NCBI GenBank assembly: GCA_964570375.1
Contig: CAZMYA010000018.1
Location: 13,137-77,136 of the forward strand
DNA: 64,000 nt
Direction of reading: 5' to 3'
Source of the DNA: an uncultured Ignavibacterium sp.
GTDB lineage: Bacteria > Bacteroidota > Ignavibacteria > Ignavibacteriales > Ignavibacteriaceae
Below, in pieces: positions 28,893 to 39,325 of the stretch. Both the position numbers and the translations under genes were made by a program. Numbering within the stretch: the stretch's first letter is position 1; the number at the start of each line of letters is the position of its first letter. The notes under the pieces are model-generated. The model was not told the origin of the DNA. It ran no database searches and was given only the letters and a program-made list of their open reading frames with translations.

Positions 28893-30872
28893 TTGGATCT
28901 CTCGATAATCATAGTAAATTATAATGTAAAAGAATTTCTTCAGAATTTACTTCATTCAATTGAAAAAGCCTCCCGAAATCTTTCAACGGAGATCATTATT
29001 GTTGATAATACTTCCGATGATGGAAGTGTCGAATTTATACATGAAAAATTTCCAGATGTAAAGCTTATTGCAAATCAAAAAAATCTTGGTTTTGGAAAAG
29101 CTAATAACATTGGTTTAAGGGAAGCCAAAGGTCAATTTATTTTATTGATAAATCCCGACACTTTAGTTGCTGAAGACACTTTTGATAAAATGATCGAATT
29201 TTTTAACAATCACCCTGAAGTTGGATTAGCCGGATGTAAAATTCTAAATCCCGATGGAACATTGCAGTTGGCTTGCAGAAGAAGCTTTCCCGGTCCTTGG
29301 ACATCTTTTACAAAAGTGACTGGATTAAGTACACTTTTTCCGAAAAGCAAAATTTTTGCCAAATATAATCTTACTTATCTTGATGAAAACCAAACTTATG
29401 AAGTTGATGCGATTTCAGGTTCATTTATGATGATGCGTAGAGAAGTTTATGAGAAAATTGGCGGTTTTGATGAAATGTTTTTTATGTATGGAGAAGATCT
29501 TGATCTTTGTTATCGTGTTCAAAAAGCAGGTTATAAAGTTTTTTATGTCCACTCAACTCAAATAATTCATTATAAGGGAGAAAGTACAAAACGCAGTAGT
29601 TTAGATGAAACTAAAATGTTTTATAATGCAATGCATCTGTTTGTAAAGAAACATTTGTCGAGTTCATTTCTGGTTGAAATTATTCTGAGAAGTGCGATTG
29701 TCGTAAGAAGTGTTTTTGCTTTTATTGCTGTGAGAAAATTAATATTTCTATCTGTCATTCTGGACTTTGTATTTTTCAATTTGTGTTTGTTCATTGCTGA
29801 AAAAACATATTTAAAATTTGCTACCTGGCGCGGCTTCCCGGATTTTGCTATCCCGATTGTTTATTCGGTTCCGGCTCTAATCCAGGTATTAGCATCATTT
29901 TTAATTGGCAATTATAAAAAAGATAAACTTTCAGTCTCAAAAACTATCATATCAATTTTTATTAGTTTGCCAATCTTAACGTCCCTCACTTTTTTCTTTA
30001 AAGATTTTGCATTCAGTCGTGCTATTGTTCTTATAACTTATATATTTCTTATTATCTTCTTATCAGGCTGGAGGATTTTAGCAAAGATACTCTTTAAAGT
30101 TGGCTGGATAGATGAATCTGCAAAAAATTTCCGCACGTTGCTAGTTGGACTAAGTGACAGTACAGTTAAAATCGGCAATAAACTTCGCAGAAAAAAATCA
30201 GATAGAAGATCAATAGTTGGTTTAATCGGATTTTCAACCGGGAACATCGGATCAAAGATTGAGAATTTTGAAATTGTTGGTACAGATCAGAATATTAAAA
30301 GAGTTATAAGAGATAATAAAATTAATGAAGTTATCTTTTCATCCGATGGATTATCATATAATAAAATGATGGAAATTGTTGGACGCTGTCAGAATGAAAA
30401 TGTTGAATTTAAAGTAGTAGGTAGCAATCTTGATTTTATTGTTGGCAAAACAGCGGTTACAATGCTGGACGATTTACCTTTAATTGAGTTAAATTATAAT
30501 GTTACAAATCCGCAAATCAAGTTGATAAAAACTATCTTTGATTATGCAATAACTTTACCTTCTTTGTTTTTGATTTACCCTTTCATATATTTCAAAAGTA
30601 AGCTAACAAAAACGCAATCTGATTTTACAAAGTTTGTATTAGGATTCCCAAAGGTAATTTCAGGAAAAGTAAGTCTGGTGGGTCCGCAAAATAAAACTAA
30701 TAAAGAAAATCAGTATTTGGGCAAAAAAGGTTTAACGGGATATTGGTATATTGAAGAAGATAATTCCGATGAATCTGATAAAATGGATTTTTACTACGCC
30801 AAAAATCAAAACATTTGGCTTGATATTGATATACTTGTAAAAACTTTAATAAAAATGTGGAGCAAAAAGTAA
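28893..30872 (+). CDS. fusion protein: N-terminal GT2 glycosyltransferase + TM region + WcaJ-like Rossmann/PGT-like C-terminus lacking the catalytic core
   Basis: TTG start. The GT2 part has 'IIIVNYN', 'VDNTSDDGS' and 'GEDLDLCYR'. The C-terminal part is colinear with ORF 26231..27634, but 'FKQERMG...RIDEIPQ' is replaced by '[21 protein letters not shown]'. 'VSLVGPQ' and 'GLTGYWYI' remnants are retained. Confidence 0.75.
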   Translation: MDLSIIIVNYNVKEFLQNLLHSIEKASRNLSTEIIIVDNTSDDGSVEFIHEKFPDVKLIANQKNLGFGKANNIGLREAKGQFILLINPDTLVAEDTFDKMIEFFNNHPEVGLAGCKILNPDGTLQLACRRSFPGPWTSFTKVTGLSTLFPKSKIFAKYNLTYLDENQTYEVDAISGSFMMMRREVYEKIGGFDEMFFMYGEDLDLCYRVQKAGYKVFYVHSTQIIHYKGESTKRSSLDETKMFYNAMHLFVKKHLSSSFLVEIILRSAIVVRSVFAFIAVRKLIFLSVILDFVFFNLCLFIAEKTYLKFATWRGFPDFAIPIVYSVPALIQVLASFLIGNYKKDKLSVSKTIISIFISLPILTSLTFFFKDFAFSRAIVLITYIFLIIFLSGWRILAKILFKVGWIDESAKNFRTLLVGLSDSTVKIGNKLRRKKSDRRSIVGLIGFSTGNIGSKIENFEIVGTDQNIKRVIRDNKINEVIFSSDGLSYNKMMEIVGRCQNENVEFKVVGSNLDFIVGKTAVTMLDDLPLIELNYNVTNPQIKLIKTIFDYAITLPSLFLIYPFIYFKSKLTKTQSDFTKFVLGFPKVISGKVSLVGPQNKTNKENQYLGKKGLTGYWYIEEDNSDESDKMDFYYAKNQNIWLDIDILVKTLIKMWSKK

Positions 30873-30874
30873 AG

Positions 30875-31825
30875 ATGGCTAAAACAATTTTGGATTTTGA
30901 AAAACCAATTTATGAATTGGAATCCAAGCTGGAAGAGATGAGAAAATTTTCCGATAATCTTGATATTGAAAAAGATATTATCCGGCTTGAAGATAAAGTA
31001 AGACAATTAAAAGTTGAACTTTACAAAGATCTTTCCAGATGGCAGCGAGTTCAATTAGCTCGTCATCCCGATAGGCCTTTTACTTTGGATTACATTTATT
31101 CAATGACTGAATCATTTGTTGAATTACATGGCGACAGGGCGTTCAAAGATGATAAAGCAATAGTTGGCGGACTTGCGCAAATAGGAAATCATAAAGTTGT
31201 AATTCTTGGACAGCAAAAAGGAAGAGACACAAAATCTAATCTTTACAGAAATTTTGGGATGATGAATCCCGAAGGTTATCGCAAAGCATTACGCTTTATG
31301 AAACTCGCTGAAAAATTTAATCGTCCCGTTATTACTATGATTGATACACCGGGAGCATTTCCTGGACTTGAAGCTGAAGAGCGCGGACAAGCAGAAGCAA
31401 TTGCCAGAAATCTTTTTGAGATGAGCAGATTGAAAGTTCCAATTATTGTTGTAATTATTGGTGAAGGTGCGAGCGGTGGTGCATTGGGAATCGGTGTTGG
31501 AGATAGAGTTTTGATGTTAGAAAATTGCTGGTATTCAGTTATAAGTCCTGAATCCTGTTCTTCAATTTTATGGAGAAGCTGGGAGTATAAAGAACAGGCT
31601 GCAGAAGCACTTAAATTAACAGCTCCTGATTTGCTTGAACAGGGAATTATTGATAGAATCATTCCCGAACCTCTTGGTGGTGCTCATAAAAACCATAAAG
31701 AAGCATCTGATATTTTAAAAGCAGCAATTATCGAAGAACTTGATGCATTGGTAAAAATAAAAACGGAAAAACTTGTTGATAGCAGAATTGAAAAGCTTGG
31801 TAAAATTGGTGTTTTTAGTGAGTGA
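30875..31825 (+). CDS. accA: acetyl-CoA carboxylase carboxyltransferase subunit alpha
   Basis: '[11 protein letters not shown]' N-terminus and '[20 protein letters not shown]'. ATG 30875 is preferred over GTG 30857 because the latter overlaps the upstream stop. Confidence 0.9.
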   Translation: MAKTILDFEKPIYELESKLEEMRKFSDNLDIEKDIIRLEDKVRQLKVELYKDLSRWQRVQLARHPDRPFTLDYIYSMTESFVELHGDRAFKDDKAIVGGLAQIGNHKVVILGQQKGRDTKSNLYRNFGMMNPEGYRKALRFMKLAEKFNRPVITMIDTPGAFPGLEAEERGQAEAIARNLFEMSRLKVPIIVVIIGEGASGGALGIGVGDRVLMLENCWYSVISPESCSSILWRSWEYKEQAAEALKLTAPDLLEQGIIDRIIPEPLGGAHKNHKEASDILKAAIIEELDALVKIKTEKLVDSRIEKLGKIGVFSE

Positions 31826-31852
31826 TTACATTCTCATCAAAATTATTTTTTC

Positions 31853-31878
31853 AAATCCCGATTAGCTCGGGATTTTTT
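31853..31878 (+). terminator. intrinsic terminator after accA
   Basis: AATCCCGA-TTAGC-TCGGGATT followed by TTTTTATTTT. Confidence 0.8.
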
Positions 31879-31915
31879 TATTTTAACACATCATTTATTA
31901 ATTATTATAATTAAA

Positions 31916-32323
31916 ATGTTAAAACATTACACTGAGCTTAGAGTTAGATATGCAGATACTGATCAAATGAAGTATGCATACAATGGAAAATATTTTGAAT
32001 ACTTTGAAGTTGGCCGAACAGAAATGATGCGTGAGGTTGGATTGCCTTATGAAGTGATTGAGAAAAACGGAATTTTTATGCCTGTGATTGAAACAAAAAT
32101 TCATTTTCTTTCACCTGCTTTTTATGATGAATTATTATTAATTGAAACCAGAGTTGAAAAGTTACCAACCGCTAAAGTTCATATTGATCATATCATTAAG
32201 GTTAAAGAAAGAAATGCAATTATTTGTGAGGGATATGTAGAACTTGCTTTTCTTGATGCTAAAACCAGACGACCGACTCGTGTTCCAGGTTTTTTTCTTG
32301 ATGCAGTAAAAAAATATTATTAG
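31916..32323 (+). CDS. acyl-CoA thioesterase, hotdog fold (YbgC/4HBT family)
   Basis: 135 aa with the 'VRYADTDQMKYAYNGKYFEYFE' N-terminal motif containing the catalytic Asp. Confidence 0.8.
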   Translation: MLKHYTELRVRYADTDQMKYAYNGKYFEYFEVGRTEMMREVGLPYEVIEKNGIFMPVIETKIHFLSPAFYDELLLIETRVEKLPTAKVHIDHIIKVKERNAIICEGYVELAFLDAKTRRPTRVPGFFLDAVKKYY

Positions 32324-32362
32324 TTAAACATTATACTTGAACTTGTTGAATAGAAGAATTGA

Positions 32363-33817
32363 ATGAAAGAAAAAATTAAAGAACTTACTAAAGATACAGC
32401 TATTTATGGCATTAGCACGATGCTTGGCAGGTTTCTTAATTTTTTACTCGTTCCATTTTTCACAAATGTTTTTCTTCCCGCAGAATATGGTATAGTAAAT
32501 ATTCTTTACTCATACATCGCAATATTTAATATAATATTTATTTATGGCATGGATTCTGCTTTTCTTAAGTACGCTGCGTTTAAAGATATTGGTGATGATA
32601 AAGAAAATTTTTCAACTCCATACATAAGTGTGTTTTCTACTTCCATTGTTTTTGTTTTGTTGATTGTAATATTCAAAAATCCTATCTCAGTATTTTTAGA
32701 TGTTAGTGCAGATAAAAGCTTCTTAATTATTCTTTCGGCTCTCATTTTATTTTTTGATGCAAATGCAGTTATACCGTTTTTAAAATTAAGATTGCAAAGG
32801 AAAGCAAAATTTTTCTCGCTGCTTAAAGTTGTAAATATTTTGATCAATATTATTTTAAATGTTTACTTGATTTTAAAACTTAAATGGGGTATTGAGGCAA
32901 TATTTGTGAGTAATCTTGCCGCATCCGTGCTTACATTACTTTTTATTCTACCAACAATTGTAAAAAATTTCAGGTTTACTTTTCATAAAGAATTATTTAA
33001 AAGATTATTGAAATTTGGATTGCCATATTTACCTGCAGGAATTGGAGTTATGCTGGTTCAGGTAATTGATGTTCCGATTTTACAAAAACTTACAGATTTA
33101 AAAACAGTTGGTATTTATAAAGCAAGTTATAGATTAGGCATTTTTATGATGCTTTATGTAAATATGTTTCAGTTTGCTTGGCAGCCGTTTTTCCTAAATA
33201 ATGCAAAAGAAGAAAATGCAAAAGAACTTTTCTCAAAAGTACTTACATATTTTACAATTGTTGGCGCAACTTTATTGATTATACTTTCACTTTTTATTTC
33301 TGATATCGTAAAAATAAGCATTGCCGGATTTTCAATTATCGGATCAAATTACTGGAGCGGATTGTTCATAGTTCCGGTTATTCTTCTTGCGTATCTGTTT
33401 AACGGACTTTATGTAGTTTTTTCAGCTGGAATTTACATCGAAGAGAAAAGCATTTTCGCTCCAATTGTTGCGGGTTTGGGTGCGCTTACAAATGTTGTTG
33501 CAAATTATATTTTGATTCCATATCTCAACATTATGGGTGCAGCTTTGGCAACTCTTCTAGCTTATGTTGTAATGGCGGCAGGTTATTATATCGTTACACA
33601 AAAGTATTATAAAATCCACTATGAATATTTGAAATTGTTTAAAATATTTCTAGCTGTCTTGTTAGTCGGCACGGTTTATTACGTTATGTTGTTTAATGGA
33701 TATCTGAACATATATTACAAATTGCTTTTGGCTGTTGTGTTCTTAACACTTATTGCCTCATCTGTATTTGAAAAAAATGAATTGAACTTTATAAAAACAA
33801 AATTATTACGTCGTTAA
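32363..33817 (+). CDS. MOP-superfamily oligosaccharide/polysaccharide flippase family membrane protein
   Basis: 484 aa with about 14 TM helices and family-typical 'GISTMLGRFLNFLLVPFFT'. Confidence 0.7.
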   Translation: MKEKIKELTKDTAIYGISTMLGRFLNFLLVPFFTNVFLPAEYGIVNILYSYIAIFNIIFIYGMDSAFLKYAAFKDIGDDKENFSTPYISVFSTSIVFVLLIVIFKNPISVFLDVSADKSFLIILSALILFFDANAVIPFLKLRLQRKAKFFSLLKVVNILINIILNVYLILKLKWGIEAIFVSNLAASVLTLLFILPTIVKNFRFTFHKELFKRLLKFGLPYLPAGIGVMLVQVIDVPILQKLTDLKTVGIYKASYRLGIFMMLYVNMFQFAWQPFFLNNAKEENAKELFSKVLTYFTIVGATLLIILSLFISDIVKISIAGFSIIGSNYWSGLFIVPVILLAYLFNGLYVVFSAGIYIEEKSIFAPIVAGLGALTNVVANYILIPYLNIMGAALATLLAYVVMAAGYYIVTQKYYKIHYEYLKLFKIFLAVLLVGTVYYVMLFNGYLNIYYKLLLAVVFLTLIASSVFEKNELNFIKTKLLRR

Positions 33818-34276
33818 ATGGCAAAAGAAATTAAAATTAAAATTAAAAGATTAAGTCAGGATTTTCTTGATGTCCCATTGCCACACTATACAACTTCGGG
33901 CAGTGCTGGAATGGATATTCGTGCCGCTGTTAAAGATGAAGTTATTCTTTATCCCGGTAAAGTTGAATTGATCCCGACCGATATTTCGGTTGAAATCCCC
34001 TTCGGATATGAAATTCAGGTTAGACCGAGAAGCGGATTAGCTGCAAATCATAGTATTGGTTTGCTAAACTCACCGGGAACAATAGATTCCGATTATCGGG
34101 GGGAAGTGAAAATAATAATGATGAATTTTGGTAAAGAAGAGTTTAAAATTTCGCGTGGTGATAGAATAGCACAATTAATCGTTTCAAAAGTTTATACCGC
34201 ACAAATTGAAGAAGTTGAAAACTTAAATTCCACTAAACGCGGCAAAGGCGGTTTTGGGCATACAGGGAAAAAGTAA
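33818..34276 (+). CDS. dut: dUTP diphosphatase
   Basis: 'GSAGMDIRA', 'RPRSGLA', 'GTIDSDYRGE' and 'RGKGGFGHTG'. Confidence 0.93.
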   Translation: MAKEIKIKIKRLSQDFLDVPLPHYTTSGSAGMDIRAAVKDEVILYPGKVELIPTDISVEIPFGYEIQVRPRSGLAANHSIGLLNSPGTIDSDYRGEVKIIMMNFGKEEFKISRGDRIAQLIVSKVYTAQIEEVENLNSTKRGKGGFGHTGKK

Positions 34277-34291
34277 AATATGTTTTTTAAA

Positions 34292-34324
34292 ACAAACCCA
34301 GTTTCTTCAATAAACTGGGTTTGT
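34292..34324 (+). terminator. perfect 13-bp hairpin after dut (probable terminator, weak U-tract)
   Basis: ACAAACCCAGTTT-CTTCAAT-AAACTGGGTTTGT. It is preceded by TGTTTTTT and followed by only a short T-containing stretch. Confidence 0.5.
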
Positions 34325-34431
34325 AGAGAAATCCTGTCAAGAACTAATTTAAAAAAAATTCTTACTTAGATTTTCATCTCTTAATTCATTAACTTCTATT
34401 AACACTTTCAAAAATTATTACTAATTATTTC

Positions 34432-34528
34432 TGTCATTTTGATCTTCTCAAAAGCTAAATTGTTAAGTTCATCTTTCGACCAGCCTCGACTTAACGATCG
34501 AGTCAAGACGGGCAAGCTCAGGATGACA
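34432..34528. repeat. REP/MITE-like intergenic element bounded by TGTCAT...ATGACA
   Basis: The minus strand reads GTCATCCTGAGCTTGCCCGTCTTGAC.... There are internal short inverted repeats (GTTAAG/CTTAAC, CTCGA/TCGAG). No ORF. Confidence 0.4.
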
Positions 34529-34566
34529 TTGTAAAAAATATTTAAACTTATTTATTTTAAAATTCG

Positions 34567-37500
34567 ATGTCTGATTTTATTCATCTTCACAATCACACAC
34601 ATTACAGTTTACAAGACGGCGCCTGCACAGTCGAAGGTTTAATCAACGCTGCGAAAAAATTTGATATGAAATCTGTTGCAATTACAGATCACGGTGTAAT
34701 GTACGGTGCAGCCGAATTTTATAATAAAGCAAAAAAAGCCGGAATCAAACCTATAATCGGAATGGAAGCTTATATCGTTGTTGATGGAAGCAGGTTTGAC
34801 AGAGGCAAATCCGATGAAGTAAATAACAAGAAAAAAAGTAAACATTATAATCATCTTATACTTCTTGCTAAAAACAAAAAAGGATATGATAATCTTTCCA
34901 GACTTTCAACATTGGGGCACACGGAAGGTTTTTACTATAAACCACGTATTGATCTTGAGATTCTTGATAAGTATAAAGAAGGATTAATCTGTACATCTGC
35001 CTGTGCGGGTGGAATTGTTTCATCACATCTTGTTAATGGCAATTATGATAAAGCAAAATCTGTCGCAAAAATATTTAAAGAGATGTTTGATGATGATTTC
35101 TATCTGGAAATTCAGGATCACGGGATGGATATTGATAAACCAATTCTGGATGCAATGCCAAAACTTTCTAAGGAATTGGGAATCAAATTAGTTGCAACAA
35201 ACGATTGCCATTACATCGAACCTGACCACGCTATTCCTCATAACATTCTTTTACTGCTATCTGATAAAAACGGTGCGGATTATACTCAGCTTAGATATGG
35301 AACTGATCAGGTCTATTTCAAATCTTCTGATGATATGACAAAACTTTTTAAGAAGTACAAAGGTGCTGTTGAACATACTCTTGAGATTGATGAAAAGATT
35401 GATCTGAAGCTTGATTTTGAAGGTCATCGCTTTCCAAATTTTCCTATCCCAAAAGATTCTAAGGCACAAACCTTAGAAGAATATATGGAATTGCTTGCAA
35501 GAGAAGGGCTTGAGAAAAAGTTTGATAAAATTACTCCTGAAATTGAAGAGCGTTTTAATTTTGAAATTAAAACAATAAATGAAATGGGATTTCCGGGATA
35601 TTTTTTGGTTGTGCAGGATTTTATTAACGCAGCCAAAAAAAGAAATATTCCGGTTGGACCCGGAAGAGGAAGCGCTGCAGGAAGTTTGGTTGCTTATGCG
35701 CTTGGAATTACAAATATAAATCCTCTTGATTACAACTTATTGTTTGAAAGATTTTTAAATCCAGCCAGAAGATCTATGCCTGATATTGATGTTGATTTTG
35801 CTGATGATCAACGTGGTGATGTTATTGATTATGTGCGTGAAAAATACGGCAATGAGTGCGTTAGCCAGATTATTACATTTAATAGGTTGTCATCCAAAGC
35901 AGTTATAAGAGATGTTGCGCGCGTGTTGAAAATTCCTATCCCAACAGTTAATAAAATCACTAAATACATTCCATCTAAATTTGGAAAAGTTTACAGCATA
36001 GATCAAGCTTTGGCTGAAGTGCCCGAGTTAAAGTGGGTAAAAGATTCCAAAGAAACCGATATCCAAAATCTGATTAAATATGCTAAAGTTTTGGAAGGAA
36101 TGAATCGGAATGCATCCAAGCACGCTGCGGGAGTTGTTATCACTCCGGATGATGTAAGTAATTATGTGCCGCTTGCCAATGCTGTTTCCCAGCAAGATAT
36201 CGTCACTCAGTTTACGATGAAAGATATTGAGAACGCCGGCTTGCTTAAAATGGATTTTCTTGGATTGCGCACACTTACAATAATTCGTGATGCAATCGAA
36301 ATGATAAAGAAAAATCATAATGAAGAAATTGATATCGATAATGTTCCTCTTGATGATGAAAAAACTTTTCAGCTCTTTGCAAAGGGACAAACGACCGGTG
36401 TTTTTCAGTTTGAATCTGGCCCAATGCGTGAGTACTTAAAACAGCTGCATCCAACAACGTTGAATGATCTTGCTGCAATGAATGCGCTTTATCGTCCCGG
36501 TCCAATGGAGTTTATTGATGATTTTATTGACAGAAAGTTTGGAAGAAAAGAAGTAAAGTACGCGCACAAAATTCTGGAACCGATATTGAAAGAAACTTAT
36601 GGGATTATTGTTTATCAGGAACAAGTAATTCAGATTGCTAATAAAGTCGGCGGAATGAGTTTGGCTGATGCAGATCTTTTGAGAAGAGCAATGGGTAAAA
36701 AAGATCTGATTGTAATGGAAGCTCAGAAAGTAATTTTTGTTGATGGCGCAATTAAAAATGGTGTTGATAAAAAAGCTGCTCTTGAAATTTTTGATACTAT
36801 TTTCAAATTCGCTAATTATGGATTTAATAAAAGTCATGCCGTGGCGTACAGTTTTGTTGCATATCAAACAGCATACTTAAAGGCGCACTACCCGGCTGAG
36901 TTTTTAGCTGCTAACCTTAAAAATGAATTTGAGAATACAGATAAAGTAACAAAGTTTTTGGAAGACTGTAGAAAACTTAAAATCGAAGTTCTTCCGCCCG
37001 ATGTTAATAATCCGTCACTTTATTTTGAAGCTGAGGAAGGTAAAATAAAATTTGGTATGTCCGCAATCAAAAATGTTGGTGTACCTGCAGTTAAAGAAAT
37101 AATGAGAGCAAAAGAAGAATTGGGTAGAAAATTTAAATCTATTTTTGATTTTTGCGCAAATGTGGATACGAGAATTGTAAACAAACGTGCTGTCGAAGGC
37201 TTGGTTTTAGCAGGTGCGTTTCATTCATTTGAAAAAGATAGAGCTAAATTATTTGATAACGTTGAGACCGCTCTGGACTTTGGTCATAAATTGCAAAATT
37301 CAAAATTAGCTTCATCTGATTCTCTTTTTGGCGATAGTCATGAAGTTGTAATTGCTGAGCCCAAATTAACATCGGTAAATAAATGGAGTGAAAAAGATAC
37401 TCTTTCACAGGAAAGAAAAGTTATTGGGTTTTATTTGACTGATCATCCATTAAGAAAGTATGAAATTGAGTACAAGTCTTTTGCGTCTGTTCATCTTGGA

Positions 37501-38028
37501 GAAACAGAAGAATTATCTGAAGTGGAAGATGTAAAAGTTTGTGGTGTAATTACTGATTTGAAAAATAAGATTGATAAATCAGGGAACACAATGGCGTTTT
37601 TTAAGTTGGATGATTTTACCGGTTCATGTGAATGTTTGATGTTTTCAAAAGTATATGCTGAATATCAAAGATACATTGAAGAAGAAGAAACAGTTTTTGT
37701 TGTCGGAAATCTGGAAAGCAGCGGAGATTCAGTAAAGATACAAGTTAAAAAGGTCTTACCGCTTAAAAATGCTGCGAACGAATTGACGGAGAGTTTAAGA
37801 CTTTCTATCAACAAAGATAAAACTGAACCTGAAAAACTTTTACAATTAAAATCAATTTTTGAGAAAAATCAGGGAAACATTCCGGTTTTTATACATCTTT
37901 CTGAAAATGGATACAACAAAGGAAAGCTTTATTCATTATCAAATATCCGCATCAAAATCACAACGGAATTAATAAAATCATTAATAGATTTGCTGGGTGA
38001 GGAAGCAGTTATATTAAAATCTAAATAA
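34567..38028 (+). CDS. dnaE: DNA polymerase III subunit alpha
   Basis: 1153 aa. PHP domain 'FIHLHNHTHYSLQDG', palm/fingers 'MPDIDVDF', 'KMDFLGLRTL' and a C-terminal OB fold. Confidence 0.95.
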   Translation: MSDFIHLHNHTHYSLQDGACTVEGLINAAKKFDMKSVAITDHGVMYGAAEFYNKAKKAGIKPIIGMEAYIVVDGSRFDRGKSDEVNNKKKSKHYNHLILLAKNKKGYDNLSRLSTLGHTEGFYYKPRIDLEILDKYKEGLICTSACAGGIVSSHLVNGNYDKAKSVAKIFKEMFDDDFYLEIQDHGMDIDKPILDAMPKLSKELGIKLVATNDCHYIEPDHAIPHNILLLLSDKNGADYTQLRYGTDQVYFKSSDDMTKLFKKYKGAVEHTLEIDEKIDLKLDFEGHRFPNFPIPKDSKAQTLEEYMELLAREGLEKKFDKITPEIEERFNFEIKTINEMGFPGYFLVVQDFINAAKKRNIPVGPGRGSAAGSLVAYALGITNINPLDYNLLFERFLNPARRSMPDIDVDFADDQRGDVIDYVREKYGNECVSQIITFNRLSSKAVIRDVARVLKIPIPTVNKITKYIPSKFGKVYSIDQALAEVPELKWVKDSKETDIQNLIKYAKVLEGMNRNASKHAAGVVITPDDVSNYVPLANAVSQQDIVTQFTMKDIENAGLLKMDFLGLRTLTIIRDAIEMIKKNHNEEIDIDNVPLDDEKTFQLFAKGQTTGVFQFESGPMREYLKQLHPTTLNDLAAMNALYRPGPMEFIDDFIDRKFGRKEVKYAHKILEPILKETYGIIVYQEQVIQIANKVGGMSLADADLLRRAMGKKDLIVMEAQKVIFVDGAIKNGVDKKAALEIFDTIFKFANYGFNKSHAVAYSFVAYQTAYLKAHYPAEFLAANLKNEFENTDKVTKFLEDCRKLKIEVLPPDVNNPSLYFEAEEGKIKFGMSAIKNVGVPAVKEIMRAKEELGRKFKSIFDFCANVDTRIVNKRAVEGLVLAGAFHSFEKDRAKLFDNVETALDFGHKLQNSKLASSDSLFGDSHEVVIAEPKLTSVNKWSEKDTLSQERKVIGFYLTDHPLRKYEIEYKSFASVHLGETEELSEVEDVKVCGVITDLKNKIDKSGNTMAFFKLDDFTGSCECLMFSKVYAEYQRYIEEEETVFVVGNLESSGDSVKIQVKKVLPLKNAANELTESLRLSINKDKTEPEKLLQLKSIFEKNQGNIPVFIHLSENGYNKGKLYSLSNIRIKITTELIKSLIDLLGEEAVILKSK

Positions 38029-38117
38029 TTTGCAACAGTATTTTTGGTTGTTTCACTTTGTATGATTTTGTATTATTGCTCCCGTTATTAACATTAACCT
38101 TAAAGGATTAAATTTAA

Positions 38118-38930
38118 ATGAAAAGAAGCGATAAGCAGGAATATTGGGCACTTATTTTAGGAGCCTCTTCCGGATTTGGTGAAGCTGCATCCTTAAAATT
38201 AGCTCAGGATGGTTTTAATATTTTTGGTGTTCATCTTGATAGGCAGGCAACAATGCCAAATGTGGAAAGAATTATTAATCAGATTAAATCCTATGGAGTA
38301 GAAACAGAATTTTATAATATTAACGCCGCTGATGAAATTAAAAGAAATGGTGTTATTCAATCGATTAAAAGCAAATTGAATAATCAGCCCTTAGTAAAAG
38401 TTATAATGCATTCTTTAGCTTTCGGTACTCTTAAACCTTTTATATCTTTTAAAGATGAGCAAACAATTAATAAAGCACAGATGGAAATGACTCTTGATGT
38501 GATGGCTCATTCACTAGTTTATTGGGTGCAGGATATCTATAATAATAAATTACTTTCAAATGGTGCAAGAATTTTTGCTATGACAAGTTCAGGTGGACAT
38601 TCGGCAATCCCATTTTATGGAGCAGTATCTGCGGCAAAAGCTGCGTTAGAATCTCATGTAAGGCAACTTTCTGTTGAGCTTGGTCCAATGGGTGCGTCTG
38701 TAAATGCAATAATGGCTGGAGTAACGGACACACCAGCATTGCGTAAAATTCCTGGCAACACAGAAATGATTGAAATTGCACAAAGAAAAAATCCTCATGG
38801 CAGATTAACAACCCCTGAAGACATTGCAAAAGTTATTTCTCTTATCTGCAAAGATGGCGGAGAATGGATTTCCGGCGGGTTGATTCATGCAGATGGAGGT
38901 GAGGATATCGTTAATTACGTAGGACAATAA
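38118..38930 (+). CDS. SDR-family oxidoreductase, enoyl-ACP reductase-like (FabI/FabL type Y-x6-K)
   Basis: 'LGASSGFGEA' dinucleotide motif, plus 'YGAVSAAKAALES' (Tyr-x6-Lys as in FabI/FabL). Confidence 0.55.
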   Translation: MKRSDKQEYWALILGASSGFGEAASLKLAQDGFNIFGVHLDRQATMPNVERIINQIKSYGVETEFYNINAADEIKRNGVIQSIKSKLNNQPLVKVIMHSLAFGTLKPFISFKDEQTINKAQMEMTLDVMAHSLVYWVQDIYNNKLLSNGARIFAMTSSGGHSAIPFYGAVSAAKAALESHVRQLSVELGPMGASVNAIMAGVTDTPALRKIPGNTEMIEIAQRKNPHGRLTTPEDIAKVISLICKDGGEWISGGLIHADGGEDIVNYVGQ

Positions 38931-38972
38931 CAATTCACTAATTATAGTTAGAAAATATTTTAAGGAATAATC

Positions 38973-39296
38973 ATGAAACCTATTACAATAACTGATGATA
39001 ATTTTAAAACAGAAGTTTTGCAATCAGATAAACCTGTTCTTATCGATTTTTGGGCGGTGTGGTGCGGACCCTGCAAAATGATTGCCCCAATTGTTGAAGA
39101 ACTTGCTGTTGAATATGATGGAAAATTAAAAGTTGGAAAACTTGATGTTGATAATAATCAGCAAAGTGCTATAAACTATGGCGTGCGCAGTATTCCAACC
39201 TTATTAATTTTTAAAGGCGGAAAAGTTGTAGATACCATTATCGGTGCTGTTCCAAAAGTTCATATTAAACAAAAAGTTGATGCAGCTCTTAATTGA
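38973..39296 (+). CDS. trxA: thioredoxin
   Basis: 107 aa with the 'WAVWCGPCK' active site. Confidence 0.93.
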   Translation: MKPITITDDNFKTEVLQSDKPVLIDFWAVWCGPCKMIAPIVEELAVEYDGKLKVGKLDVDNNQQSAINYGVRSIPTLLIFKGGKVVDTIIGAVPKVHIKQKVDAALN

Positions 39297-39325
39297 AGTA
39301 TTATTCTTTTAACTAGAATCAATTA

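Noticed and set aside
31276-31662. 128-aa ORF antisense to accA. Similar long antisense ORFs lie at 39433..39822 (serA), 52150..52539 (ffh), 36436..36867 and 36028..36390 (dnaE), 22270..22659 (wzz-like) and 47822..48088 (atpE).
   Set aside because: All lie entirely inside strongly supported conserved genes on the other strand and have low-complexity or odd composition. They lack RBSs and look like typical shadow ORFs.
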